Assembly: GCA_973851085.1 (NCBI GenBank)
Contig: OZ316776.1
Span: 3,596,001-3,660,000 of the forward strand
DNA length: 64,000 nt
Direction: 5' to 3'
From: Ptychomitrium polyphyllum
Taxonomy: Eukaryota
Every line of letters begins with the position of its first letter. Position 1 is the stretch's first letter. The notes below the pieces were generated by a model. That model saw nothing but the letters and a program-made list of their open reading frames with translations. It ran no database searches and was not told the origin of the DNA. This document shows, piece by piece, positions 1 through 13,400 of the stretch. The translations under genes and the position numbers were made by a program.

Positions 1-2763
1 GAACCTTTATCACCAGTAGAGATTCGTCCTATAACCTGCTTTTTGCAGGTACAAATCAAAATTATCACTGTTAGGGTAAAATTGATCTACGTCTTCAATC
101 AATCCTTCTACACTGTATTAAGTTGGTATAGATGTAACAAGATTGGTCAATAAAGAAAGACAAGGGTGAACTCACGTTTCGGGAATTGGCGTTAAATAAA
201 CAAGCTTCGTTTGTGCCACTCCCTCCAGCAGCAATCAAGTGTTGGGACATCCCCGTTCCATAGGTAGCACCATACAAACGGCAAGGCTACTCATTTGTAT
301 CACACAAATTGTAAATTCTCTCTTCATCATCAATATCGATTAAACTCAACGACTATATAATCGTTTTGCCCAAGTAAAAACAACAGTTCACAATTCATCA
401 CAGCTCAGTAGCAGGAAACGATCTCCTCTACACAACTTCAGAATATTTGAGATCTGATCACAGAGACTATCAAAAACCAATTCACCTAATTGTAGGAACC
501 AATTCGTGAACAAGCTCATCATGTACCTCCTCATCTCCATTTCCTGGTGGCCAGTGGATGTTTTCAACAAGCTTTCCGCTGCCATAGTCCCATTCCTTAG
601 TAGATGCAACAACAGAACATAAGCATATATATACAGTCCTTTGTTGATACCTTTGCAATGAAATGACAACCTTCTGATTCAATGGCAGAAATGAAACATC
701 ATCTTGTTTTAGACCTCAGCCTGTATCAATTGGCTAACATGGCATCATCTCTTTCTTAAATGAAAAACTGGGGATCTTTTTATACCTGAAGTTGGTCAGT
801 ACGCCTCCATGATCCAGTCAAGACACGATTATTCACTTCCCTGAAGTCAAGCGCATCACCATAAATTTGCACTCCATAAATGCTTCGAACAGAAATCCCA
901 GTTCTTGCATCCCATATCTAGTTGTACCAAACACACTGGGAAGGATTATAAGTCAGCTTCACATAAGATAGAACATGTCACAATTCGTGAAAGAAGGATT
1001 TTAAAGGCAACTGTTTGAAATGATTTTACTGTAAACAACACAATATCAAAATTGGCTCACCTGTATGGTGTTATCCCAGCCTCCACTCAAAGTGATGTTG
1101 ATATCCGATGGATGCCATTTCACAGCAAAAACCCGATTGCTGTGTCCTGCGGTGGTTACACCATTCCTACAAAATCATCAACAACCATGCGAAACTTGGT
1201 TCTTTCGTAAATGAGTTACTTGTGCCCATAATTTTAAACCAACATGCTAAAATTTCTATAAATCTTTTCTGGACACTGGAACTGACGTTGTGAGGTTTTC
1301 GATTACAAGTTTGTATTGAAGGAAATTAATTGGTGTGAATGTGTCAGTAGCAGTGGAAACCATTGTTTTTTGTAAAATCACGAGTATTAGATATCAAGAT
1401 TTCATACATGTTTACCCTTTATCAAAAGTTTGAATAGGTAGTCTCGTTATTCCGTCGTATATCCTCACCTGTCTGACGGACTTGTGCATGTCAATGCTGA
1501 ACAGTCTAAAACTTCTACATTATATACTAGTATTTTTCAAGCACTATAAAATGCAATTAACTTCAAAGTGGGAACACAACCAAGTAGAAGATCCCTGCAC
1601 CTTAAAATCGTAACCAGAGGTGGCAAACTTTTGGCCAGTAGGGTGATGGTCAACAGTAAAAATTTCATTGCCTGGCTCTGAACTCAGTGCTAGATGCTTC
1701 TCCGAGGTAGCATGCCAGTGATGAATCTGTCCAGTGACGTCTTCCATGCCAGACAACCAACACGATTGAGGGGCATTGTAACATGTGAATAATGTTCACA
1801 GACTTTGTGTCGTAGCGTGTAGAAGTAGTGTGAGGATCACAAAACAGCTTGCTACAATGTATACCTTAGTCGAATTTCTTCACCGAATCTGTATGCACAG
1901 TTACACAAATTTACATTTCAAGTGGGTTGAGAGAATGAGGTGGCTGTACCACATGAAACCAACACGTTCTCTGTGACTTTAGCGAATTTTGCAGGACGAA
2001 AACTCATGGACGTGCATGTGTATTTGCGCATTCCTTTCCTTCCAACATCCAATTTGTAGATATATCGTCCTATCTTTGAGTTGTAAATCTGCATTTCATT
2101 ACTTTATTGAAATTTGCACAGAACCTCTGGCTAACATAGACTCTATTAGTTGTAAGCCCTAATTAGTTGGACAATCAGGAAGTGGTTTGCCAACCTCAAT
2201 AGTCCCTGCAGACGTGCCAATGGCAAGCAAGTCATTGCTGTCTCTGGAGAATCTAATGCAATGGGCCACCACGTGTTTCCTGCAAGCGCATGCTACATCG
2301 ACGCTTATGCACAACAACAGATATTTATTATATGCCAACAAAGAAAGTGCAGCCAAGAATTCTTCGTGTATGTTTAGGGTTGTCCACAATTATTGAAAGT
2401 TGCAGGTTGCTGCCTAAGTAGTCTCAAGGTCACTCGTTTTACAAGGAACTATACAGGGATTATAGACGAATTAGAAAGATTATGCACTTACATTGGAATC
2501 ACAAGGTAAGGCTGAAGGTATTCGCCCAGCTTCTCTTCATCACGAAAATGCTGTACATGTGAAGAACTGTATACTCTCTTGTCCATCCTTTGTGCTGTTT
2601 CTTCAAAATCCCGTTTCATGGCGATATACTCATTCTCCTCTTCCAAATCCAACGCAGCTTCCTCATTCACATCTCCCTCTACCTTCGTCCCTGTGTTGTC
2701 GTCCAGCAACTCTGCTTTGAGGTCTTTGTTACACTCAAAAAAGCTATACAAGTCTGACTCCAT
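1..2763 (-). CDS. WD40-repeat protein, multi-exon, 3' end runs off the window
   Basis: Exons join in frame at GT-AG sites: MESDLYSFF... (ATG 2763), KHVVAHCIRFS, IYNSKIG...SFRP, VTGQIHHWH...FATSGYDFK, VRIYDG, GHSNRVFAVKWHP...SGGWDNTIQ, IWDART...GDALD...TGSWRRTDQLQ, EWDYGSG, AAGGSGTNE. GH...WD repeats are clear. The start codon is not certain. Confidence 0.85.
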
Positions 2764-4487
2764 GGTTCTTACTTCTTGCACGATGCTAATCTCCTAATTT
2801 GATATCCCACTTAGAAACTTATAATAATCTCCAGCTACACAAGATAACAACTCAATGCTCGTCTACTGCAATGCAACCTTTTATAGGACTCAGGAGCTTC
2901 ATGAGCTTCATGTGAAAGTTGCAGTTACTGTCGGCTGATCACAAGATTCTTACATGGGAAACATATAGCTTTAGATTCTGTTAGATCAGGTTAAAATGTC
3001 AGATTGTTAGTTCAGAAATTCACTATATAATCGACTTTTGTAAAAAGTTTGAAACAAAAAGTACAGATAAGATAAAAGTACATCGGTTCTAGAAAGTATA
3101 GTTCATAGTCTCCAAGGAGAACCAAAAGATACTGATATATCCTATTCTGGAAGCTTGAGAAGAAAGTCAAATTATTAATATATATGAGATATATGGTCTT
3201 TGTGTTTAATTAGTTGATTAGTTAAACAAACAATTAGTTAAACATATCTTCTCACACTACAGACTACAGAACATGGAGATCATGAAGTTTTTACCCAGTT
3301 TTCAAGCATTGATTTCTGATGTGGTGTGGGACAGTGGGTTGATTCAAATTCAAGCTATCTCCTGTCATTTCTGGGTTTCAGCCACCCATTGAAGTCCCAA
3401 AATAGTTCATCTCCTCTTTTTTGCCAATACTAAAGCAAATCATACAAAGTTTGGAAGTGCTTTTGGGATGGTAATCTAAGAGCTTCTCCATCTTGGTTAT
3501 TTTGATGTCTTTCTATCTTCTATTTTGGACCATCTTTTGTCTAAAATATCCATATCTTGTGCTAAATTTTTTACTTCTTCTATTGTCTCTAAGAAAAGGT
3601 GAAAGGCTGCCTAAGTCTTCAAGTCTTGATCATATATGCTCTAAATTTGTTTCCCACTGAATTGATTGAATTTCTAAATGAAGAGCCTCCTATAATGGGT
3701 TTTACAATAGGATGTGATTGACACCGGCTCACTATTAGAAATATTGACAGAATTCATCAACTTTTGGATGATAGTATTCATAAAAATGAAAAAATCTAAA
3801 TAAATAAAAAAAGATATGATAAATATTACATGTTTGTAGTTTTAATTAATTTTACTTTATGACTTCTAAAAAGGAAAAGCTAAATATTAGATACCTAATA
3901 TTTGAAGCACATTCTAAAAGACTTTGAGTTAGAAAGGGTCTTTGTAGATGTATATAAGAGAGGCTTAAATGAATGGTAATCTTTCTCATTTGTGTACATT
4001 TTGTGTGATTCAAGGAGAGATAACTTGGTTGGAAGGAGAGCCTTTATTTACACCATTAAGGTTCTATGTCTCTTGTGTTGCTCTATTTATATTGTATTAT
4101 TCAATATTGCTACTTACATGGCAATGAAGTTATGCATGGGTGTATCATTGTATGTGTGGGGAGCTTTGAAATACCTCAGGTTTGAAGCAAAAACAGAGGC
4201 GACGTGCACAAAGTGTAGAAATAAGTCATGATACGGTTGCAACCTCTCATTGGCAAAGATGCTGATGGAGAAGTGTTCTCGACCAATGGGAGCCACGACG
4301 TTCGTCACTCACACGTAGGCACCCCGGCAGCGGAACGAATGGAAGCTAGGGATGAACGTAGTCATCCGTTTCTGCGCAGGAAGAGCAGACCAGAGTGAGA
4401 GACGCAGAAACACACGTCTTGGAACATAGGACGACGGGGAGGCAGCAGAGGAAGGCACACGCGCAGGTTTGCTCGCGCTTGGGAGCT

Positions 4488-5847
4488 ATGGCGAAGGCTT
4501 CTGGGTCGGCGGATGTCGACCCCTCTGCGTTCATGGGCAAGGTATGCACCGCTTCTTCAACTCCCACGAGGCTCTTTTTGATTCTTTATCTCTGTAAGTT
4601 GAGTGTTTTGGTTTTGGCTTCTGGGCTACGATGATGCGTTTGGTTTGTGTTTGGTCGTGGGCGATGGTCGGATACTTCTGTGGGTCTTCTACTTCCGTCT
4701 GTCGGTTGTTTTGGTAAAGATGACACTTTGGGAGGAGTTTAGGGCTCCACTTGAAGTTTTCTGTCGAGGTTTTGTGTACCTGTTGTTGTTGGTTGGGCGT
4801 AGTGTAGTGTTTCTTCTCTCTGCTTGATCTGTGAGTGGTTTCTTCCTATGACTGTATTTTGAGGGTTGTGGAATGTTTCTCTCATTTCATAGGACGGAGA
4901 GTGGCTGTAGGTGCTTGAACCGACAGGGTTCTGCTGGTATGGCAATCGGGGTTTATCATTTGAGGGTTGCTAGAGGTCATGTTGGGGGTGCTGCATTTGA
5001 TTTGTAGCTGGTATTATGGGACGACCCTATTCTTGAAGCATTGCCTTGATCGTTGCATTTGCAGAAGAACACCTAAGCTTAGGGTAACAAGCTGTGGGAT
5101 ATGAGGGTGCAGAGTAGTGGTTTGCATGTGTAATGCCTATTGGTGGTTTTTCATATTAGGGCACATAGCCTTTACGTACTTTTGGCTGCTGTGGTTACTG
5201 CATAGCTGATTCTGTTCGGATGCGTTTACTTCTGATGCATTGCAATGTGTTTGTTTCTTCATTTTGGATGAGTTTATGATACGTTGCAGTAAATGCATAT
5301 CTATATGAACTTATCACTTTCACCCTAGCTGATTAGGGCACGTGTAGTACGTGGTAACTACTTTCATGAACCTGTACGCTTGGCGTTTTTGAAATAAGGA
5401 ACAGTGAGGACTGATAGAATGCAGCAAATTCAAATCTGCATGCTCATCTTGTTGGTGAGTGACATATTTGTAGACTCGTTGGAGACTAGTATTGCTCATT
5501 TTGATTGGTATAGGTCATGAACGCTTGTTCTGGTGTTCCTTGGACAGCAGTATACTGAGTTACGGTTTGCCTGGGCAGGGGTTGGTATCACAGTTCAATC
5601 ATCTCGTATTCTCATTGACGAGTGGTTTGTTCTGGAACAGGGAGGTATCGAGAAGACCACAGGCTTCAACCCAGGGCTCATTGTGCTCATTGTCGTCTTA
5701 GGAGCCTTGTTGATATTTGGTGTTGGAAACTTCTTCCTGTACCAATATGCCCAGAAAAATCTTCCGCCTAGGAAAAAGAAGCCAGTGTCGAAAAAGAAAC
5801 TGAAAAAGGAGAGGCTGAAAGGAGGAGTGCGTCCAGCTGGAGAATAA
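4488..5847 (+). CDS. S1FA: S1FA-family DNA-binding protein, 2 exons (4488-4541, 5641-5847), 86 aa
   Basis: [86 protein letters not shown]. It carries the S1FA signature NPGLIVL...[18 protein letters not shown]...PGE and a phase-0 GT-AG intron. Confidence 0.93.
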
Positions 5848-7310
5848 GCTTGTTGAATAGGCTTGTGACTTGGTGACGAGATATATATCTTGCAAGGGAG
5901 GCCGGGAGGAAGGTAGAGCTGTTGTTCGGATCTTTGGTATTGTACATGGATGTAGTGGATTTTTTGTACTGACGGGCATTGGTTAGTTGGAGCCTTGAGC
6001 AGAGCATGACTTTGGGTGCGAAACACAGGCTGGTTGTAGATGGTCTGAGCTTTAGTAGCCAATAAAGCCGTGATCTGGTATGGAGAATGAGAGGGTGTAA
6101 ATTTATTTTCCTTTCACTTTGCAATGGAGATGATGTCCAGGCTGTCTTCCTGCACGCGTGGTATATTGCAATGGAAAGAATGAGGTGTATGTATGTTGTT
6201 AACTCTTTACATAATGTTGCATAACCACTAGAATGAGACCCCATCTTGTCACAGTAGCAAAATTTGGTCACCTAAAAGCTGATCAATGCATACCCTTGCA
6301 ATAGAAGATGGTCCCTAAAATCATCATAGTGCTCTTCCTTAAACTTAGTATGCATGGCAATCTGGAGAAGATGCCACCAGATGTGAATATTACTCATAAA
6401 CATGCAAGATGATCGTTACGATTTGAAACAGAAGTCATCGTGCAATACTGTCAGCGCTAGACTGCTCGTGCACAGATCGGAATTGGTGATCGTTGCATGT
6501 TTCCTTGGAAAGGGGAATATTCTCATAGCATCAATGGATACACCTCGTTATTCTTCTGCAATGGGTGGTAGAATGGAGCTGTCATGTTGGTACCTGTCGT
6601 GAATGCACCAGTGACCATACTTCGTTGCATTCTTGTGAACTCTCACCCACTCGTAGGTTCCAACATGTGCCATCCTTGGTTCAGCGGGGGAGGAGCAATA
6701 ATGACGTCACGTAAAAAGAAACACCACGTACAGTATAAGTTAATCATGAATGGAACATCCCAGTCAGAAAACATGCTATGTTACATGTACTTTGCTGTGC
6801 AACTACTGAAAAGCAGTCACAAAAGATTTAAAGTGCAAAATCGGAAACACGGAACACTATAGAACAGAGAAAGCCTGGTGCCCTATAATCCTGTGGAAAT
6901 GCGTAAACACCATGATTGCACGTCAAGAGCAACATCCAAATTGCAATTTGACAATGTTAATTGAACCTTCTTAGATTCATGATGTGCTGCACCATAGGGT
7001 ACATGTGTGTTAGGAGGGTTAAGTATTCTTGCAGGTGTTGTAATGGTGGCCACAGTTCTCTGACACCGCCCTCTTCATTGAGAGCAGGCTCACCTTGAAG
7101 CTCTCTTGCCGTAGCTGGGCGCGGGCGCGGCTAGGATACTTAGTGTCTCTATCTCGAGCGTCGTAACCTGTGGTTCACTGCGGCTCTTACAGCCGGTTTC
7201 TCTGTTACTCATGCTGTGGGCGTGAGGTGTTTGTGCATTAGGTTTTGTTTGGAATGAAGGAAACGGCCCTTCTCGTTCCAAACCCTTCCCCTGTATCGTG
7301 AGAGCCTACT

Positions 7311-8311
7311 ATGAAACTGAACTCCGGGGAATGTGAAGCTCTTCTATCAAGCGGAGTGTATCACGTGAGCCCGCCCTCTCTGCCTCGTTCGAAGAGCGAC
7401 TTGGTGGACATGGCCGGGGATTCTATATACTCGCCTACTCGCAAGTCCTTGAAATCGGAGCCCATATCTCGCGTGCACTGCATCCCAATCTTGATGGTGC
7501 TCGTATTCGTCATCCTGTGGGTCGCATCGTCAGGTACTTCTACACTGTTCCTTTGCTTGCACTGTAGCGATGAATTCGAGTTTGACACGCTCCTGGTCTT
7601 ATTACAGCTCTCAATGCCAGCCATCAAGATGATCTCTGCTTATCCAGAAAATTTCACGCAGCACCTGAAAAAAACAAACAAGTGGTGGATTGGCTAGTGT
7701 TTTCGTTGCAACCTAATTTCCAAGTCCTACTCTGGGGTTGATTCACAAAACTGACCCACTTGTCAAATTTGAGATCCTGGTTTTCATTTTGTGCATTAAA
7801 TTAGGGCTGTGGAACCTCCAAGCTTTTCTTCCATAAGGATATGTGGCAATGAGTTCCGTCTTCCAAAAACACAAGTCTTTCTTGAGAAATGTGTTCTTCT
7901 GACGATCGATGGAGTTTTTACTTCCAAACTGCCTTCATGCATCCCCTGCCACATGCCCTTACTATCATGTATTATTGATTTCCCACAGGTGAGAGTGAGT
8001 TGCTTCAAACTGATGAAGAATATTATTGCTTTTCTTGTCTTTGGAAACATGAAGTGCACTGATTGTTCTCGACCTCTGACGCATGTTCAGAGGTGAAGCC
8101 TGATGTGAGAATGGCATCTACAACCAAGCTTGGCAAATCTGAAGTGCACCTGAAGATGAGCAACAACGAGATTGCTCTGTCTGGCAGCAGGACAGTGCTA
8201 CTTCAGGATGAATCATCTCATGCAAAGCATGCAGATCCCTCTCTCAGGCACGAGGCCCAGGACTTTGACCTTCCCCAGAAGCCCTACATAAGAGGCAATG
8301 CAAGGCTCTGA
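7311..8311 (+). CDS. Small uncharacterised single-pass membrane protein, 2 exons (7311 or 7410 to 7533; 8091-8311)
   Basis: Hydrophobic segment VHCIPILMVLVFVILWVASS resembles the plant 'HxIP...ILW' small TM-protein family. A phase-1 intron joins in frame to EVKPDVRMAS...GNARL*. The start ATG is ambiguous. Confidence 0.65.
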
Positions 8312-9774
8312 TGCGTTGAGGTAGTGCCATCTCTTCAGAAAGCCTTCACTGGTTGTCCTTACAGGATTGCAAGCCCCAGATTGCAGGCCAATATGACAGG
8401 ATTTCTAGTAACTAATTGGTGAGCTTGTTTACTTACTCTTGCCCTTACATCTTCCAGCACCTTTACCATCAAGCGTTTGTTTTATTTTGTCATTTCATTT
8501 TTTAAATTCTTACTGTAAACAATATGAAGTGGAGGTGACTCCAAAACTTGGAGCGTGCTTGATGCACATTCTACTGTTCATCAGCAGCATATGATGAGTC
8601 TTTGCAGCAAGCTTTGTCATTCGTTCTTTAGAGAGATACTTTGTCCACTTTCTCAGTGGAGCTTTGCAGATTGTAATAGAATGAAGCTTGAGCTAGTTAG
8701 CGGACTCCCTTCCTCTAGAAAGTAGGTGCGGTAGTGGAGCAGATGGAGTTTTTGATAGGGATTTACACTGAGACTAAGTTGGTGTACTCTAAATTCATGA
8801 AGAATAATGTTTACAATATCCTAAACTAATAGCAGATTGAGATTATCCACCAAGTTGTAGGCTTGCCAAACCACTTATCAATAAAGAAACTTTAGCACTT
8901 CAAAGACAGAGTTAGCTCAAACTTCCAAGGTCCTTAAAACTACTAATCCTCCTGCCTTGTGACTTGGTTTTGTTTAGTAGATGTATCACTTCATCCATCA
9001 TTTTGAGATATGGAAAGGACATATAATACAATTTAATGAATGTACATACCAACATGTGTGGTTGAAAAGACTTGAATAGCCTATTGGGCACCTTGATATT
9101 ATGTACAATGTAATGGAAATTGGAAAAGGGTGAAAAGTAGCCAAATTAAAAAGTTACAAAGTCTTTTTTACATAATCTTCTTTACAATTTGTATTATTTT
9201 GTTTAATTTCAATTTAGAATCAATATGTATTAATGATCTTTTTTTCACATCACAATTATGAATTCATAAGACTCGTATTATATTTATGAACGTGCAATAA
9301 GAATTAATATTGTTTAGTGAGGATCATGTGGAATTAACATTAATTTTTGAATTGTGGAGTAATAAATCTCAATAATGACATTTAGACGCATGATTTTATG
9401 CTCTCCAAGTACATACTACAATTTCCATTTTATAAATCCTCAAAACTTCTTGACAATTCTCCATTATTGTTATGAAAGAGATTGTGGATGACCTTCCGTT
9501 GGCCAACATGGTACACTTTATATGCCATAGCCTTCTCAAGAAAATTACTGAGCCAAAAAAAGTATAACTGTTATAGGTATATATTGGAATTTCAATGGAC
9601 GTAAGAGGAATTCATCAAGGGAAGGACACCACCTCGGAATAGTCCCCCAACAAACGAAGCAAAGAAACCGACGCACATGCACCCACAAAGCGACATTAAC
9701 AGATTCGGATCCAGGTTTAGATTCCTCAATCCAGGTCCTATATGAGAAGCCAGCCCCACATCGAGACAAACGCA

Positions 9775-10090
9775 TGACGTATACCATGAGAACAGCCACG
9801 TGGACGGACTACACGGCGACGTGTAAGGTGGTAGCCAGCTGGAGGCCGAGATCGCAGATCATTTCACTGTGTCTGCAGTGTTGCGGATAACCATGGCACA
9901 CTGCCAGGATAGAGCATCCCAAAAACTATTAAACTTCCTCCTCAGTCACCCTCCAGCGCCCGGGGAACGGCCTCATGGAACAAAACGAGGTACAATCCAA
10001 AGCCGCCACTGTTCTCAAAACCGACACACCTCCCCTCAAACCTACCATTTCAGCCTATAAACTACGCAGTCAGAGATAATTAACACGTGC
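9775..10090 (+). promoter_or_regulatory. Cluster of ACGT-core (G-box/ABRE-like) elements upstream of allantoinase
   Basis: TGACGTA (~9775), GCCACGTGG (9795-9803), GACGTGT (9818-9824), CACGTG (10084-10089). Motif matches only. Confidence 0.35.
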
Positions 10091-10460
10091 AAAATGACAT
10101 GAAGAGAGGATCTACAAACATCGAAGATTTGAAACACCTATCCTTACCCTACCGATATCTGAAATCTTAAAACGGAGACGTCCAAAACATCCTACGTCCT
10201 ATTTCACTAATTTGGAAAATCTACATCGCTTACAGGTTGTGACGAATTTTGGCATTTCGTAGATGATGCTGGTGTCGGGAATGGGCCTCCGTAATTTCCC
10301 AAAGGGTTCCCAACATGGTTCGCAATGTGTGGCGCCGCGGCCACCGGGAAGGAGAAGCACCGTCGTGTGTGTGTCTAGATTCGAAGACGGCCATTGTCGA
10401 GAGCTGTCTAGATCACTGGAAAGCGAGGCTGCTGGGCATCTGAAGCACTAGCTAGCAGCC

Positions 10461-13400
10461 ATGGAGCCCCGGACCTGGATCGTGCCGCTGCTCTTGCTCA
10501 TTCTAGGCTACACTCTTGTGTACCTGCCTTACGTCCAGGAATCTGATCCAACTCCGGTGAGAGAACGGTCACCCTGTGACGCAAGTCATCTCTACTTCAT
10601 GGTTGAGGTTGATTCATAGTTGAGGACGTTCGGTGTGATACGATGCTTCACTGCATGCTGTGATGTATTTGTGTTCTTTGGATCCTAAGGGACAAGTGAC
10701 GTTTGGAGTTTTTTGATCTGGACTGATATGTGCGAATGTTGAGAGTTTGCCCTGTAGTTTGAATTGACTGGATAGTATGATGGATTTGGATATAGTGGTA
10801 GTAGTTATTGGTGCTATCTTGTATTGATGGTGGTGGATTTCTATTCGTTGGTTGTAGAGGGGTTGTTGAGGGGTTGGTGGAAGCTGGGGATGATGTTTTC
10901 AATTGTTTTAGTGAAGGGTTGGGTGATGAGTAGGGGTTTAGGAGAGTTGTATTGATAGTCTTTAGATAGTTTGTACTAGTAGCTATACGAGTTGGAATGA
11001 TCATAAGTGATTTTTCTGCTAGCTCATCCTGGTTTATGATCGTTGTGCTTGAGAGTTTGGCGGCTGAGTTAAGAATGTTGGTGATGGTGAGTTTTGCAGC
11101 TGGATAAAGGATGCAGTCTTTTGTCAGACACTCACTTCATTCTATACAGCAACCGTGTTGTAACTCCAGCTGGCACCGGACCTTATGCAGGTGATTTGCT
11201 GCTCCTATTTACCCTAGAATATGATTCTGTAATACGAATAGTCGCATTTTTAAAATATTATTTTTTGATATGTGAGCTTCAAACCTCGGTCTTCACTTAC
11301 CAGAGGGAAAGCTATACTAGTATTCGCGTCAATAGTCGTTTATGCCTATGCAAAATTTGCAATGTGTAGTCACTGTAGATCAGTCTTACAATGTTAGTGA
11401 ACCGGTCCCTTTTTTGAAAAGGTCTGATACTTTAGAACCCATTTGTAGAGGTTAGACGAGAAGAATAATCAACAACCTTAATTTTATCTGATACTGATGT
11501 TCAACTAGAACGTTTTCCTACAGGATAGTGCATTATTGCAAATCTACATTGGGTTTCTGTAACAAAATAATTCAGACTGATAACTGACTCTTTTGTAAAT
11601 GTATAAATTTTGATTTTTGCAGTGGAGGTGAAAGGCGAAAAGATTGTTTCCGTGACGAAGAGAAGTGAAGCACCTGAGAACTCACCGGGAGAACCCCGTG
11701 TATTTGATTATGGAAATCTTGTCATCATGCCCGGACTTATCGATGCGTATGAATTTCAACTCTAAGAAAATCTCTCAGTTGCTAGGCAGGGATAATGTTA
11801 CTGCCTTCGTGCATGTGTAGATTTCGTGCTTTAGTGGTCAATATATTTACTTTTAAGTAGAATTTTCTGTTCATTGAATAGAAATTAAAATCTTCAGGTG
11901 GCTGTTGCAGGCATGTACATATAAATGAGCCAGGCCGAGTAGAATGGGAGGGTTTTCTTACAGCCACGATGGCTGCTGCTGCTGGTATGTTCTACGATGG
12001 ATGTTTTCAATGTCTCAAGTTATTTTCTAGATACAAGGTTGCTTCTGTTTGTTTACGCATGCTTGTAGCACTATTCTTGTGATTACTCTCTAAGACATTG
12101 TGTTTTACAGGTGGTACGACAGCAGTAGTGGACATGCCCTTGAATAACCATCCTACCACTACAACCGATAAGCTACTGGGAGACAAGGTCAATTTCATTA
12201 CATGATTGCTTCAGTATATAGTTTTTTCCTCAATGCAGTAGACAATGTATTCTATGTCAGTTTTGCAACCATAAGGATTACAATGCTATTGTGGGGTTCC
12301 TGAGTATGTGTACATGTGCGTGAACATGGATAAAGATAGAAGCCACCAAAGACAAGATATATGTGGATGTTGGTAAGTTTCTTGCATTCCAGGTCCTTTC
12401 TCAGCGTGGTTTGAATGATTCGTGAATTAAATTAGAACTCTGTCTCTTTGAGGATATTCCTTGTCTTCCGATGTTTCTCTTGGTGCTGCTGGGCTGGGAT
12501 TGCTATAGTTTTTGATAATACCAAAATAACATTGCAAGCTCATCACTAACTAATTTTTGTAGACAACAAAAAGTTTGGAACCCTTTTTTAAAGAAAATTG
12601 TAAGGGGAAATTGGATTTTAGGGTGTATTTGTTTTGACAAACTCCATTTTGTCAAAATAGTGTTGTTTGCCAGTCAAGAATATTCAATGTGAACTTGTAT
12701 GTAACGGTTCTGCTTTAAGTTCTACTGTTGTATTGAAAATCTATACGAAGCAGGTTCTGCAACACATCAATTTGATATCTGGTATGTGGATGTTGGTTTT
12801 GAAGGCTTTTGGGGAGGCTTAGTTCCAGAGAATGCTTACAATGCATCAGTCTTGGAGGGTCTCCTTGCAGCTGGTGCACTAGGCCTCAAGGTTAGAAAAC
12901 TTTTCTTTCAATTTTGTGGTAACGCACTACTTGGAACGATGACGATGCATTTTTGGGTAGCAGAATGCCTGAAGTTGCTTACAGGAAAATACTGATTGAT
13001 CTCTTCCTAATAGGTAGTATTTGCTTGTTTCTGATATCTAACCACCTCTGATTTGATTTTCTCCAGCTGATTTACTAAGCTAGCTAGCACTGACTCAATC
13101 ATGATACATTGTATGCTAAACTTGAGAAGATGTCATGTGAAATTGTGGCCGTATATGCTCATGCATGTCAAGTTCTTACTTGACAGATTATAATTGAAAC
13201 CGTCATGAAGAGAAAATTAACCCTTGGTTAAATTGTCGAAGTCGTTTATGTGTCCATCAGGTATCGACGACTTCCCAGCCACCACTGCAAAACATATTAA
13301 GGTGAATAAAACCTCGATGAATTGTTTTATGTTTTGTCAAATTCAGTCGTATTCACATATGGGATAGTGGAGAGAATTGTGTCCCAATCTGCACTTTTCT

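Noticed and set aside
3290..4150. Possible LTR-retrotransposon fragments between the WD40 gene and S1FA (similar texture at ~8850-9130 and ~16100-16400)
   Set aside because: The composition is suggestive, but I found no termini, TSD or protein motif. It needs a repeat-library search.
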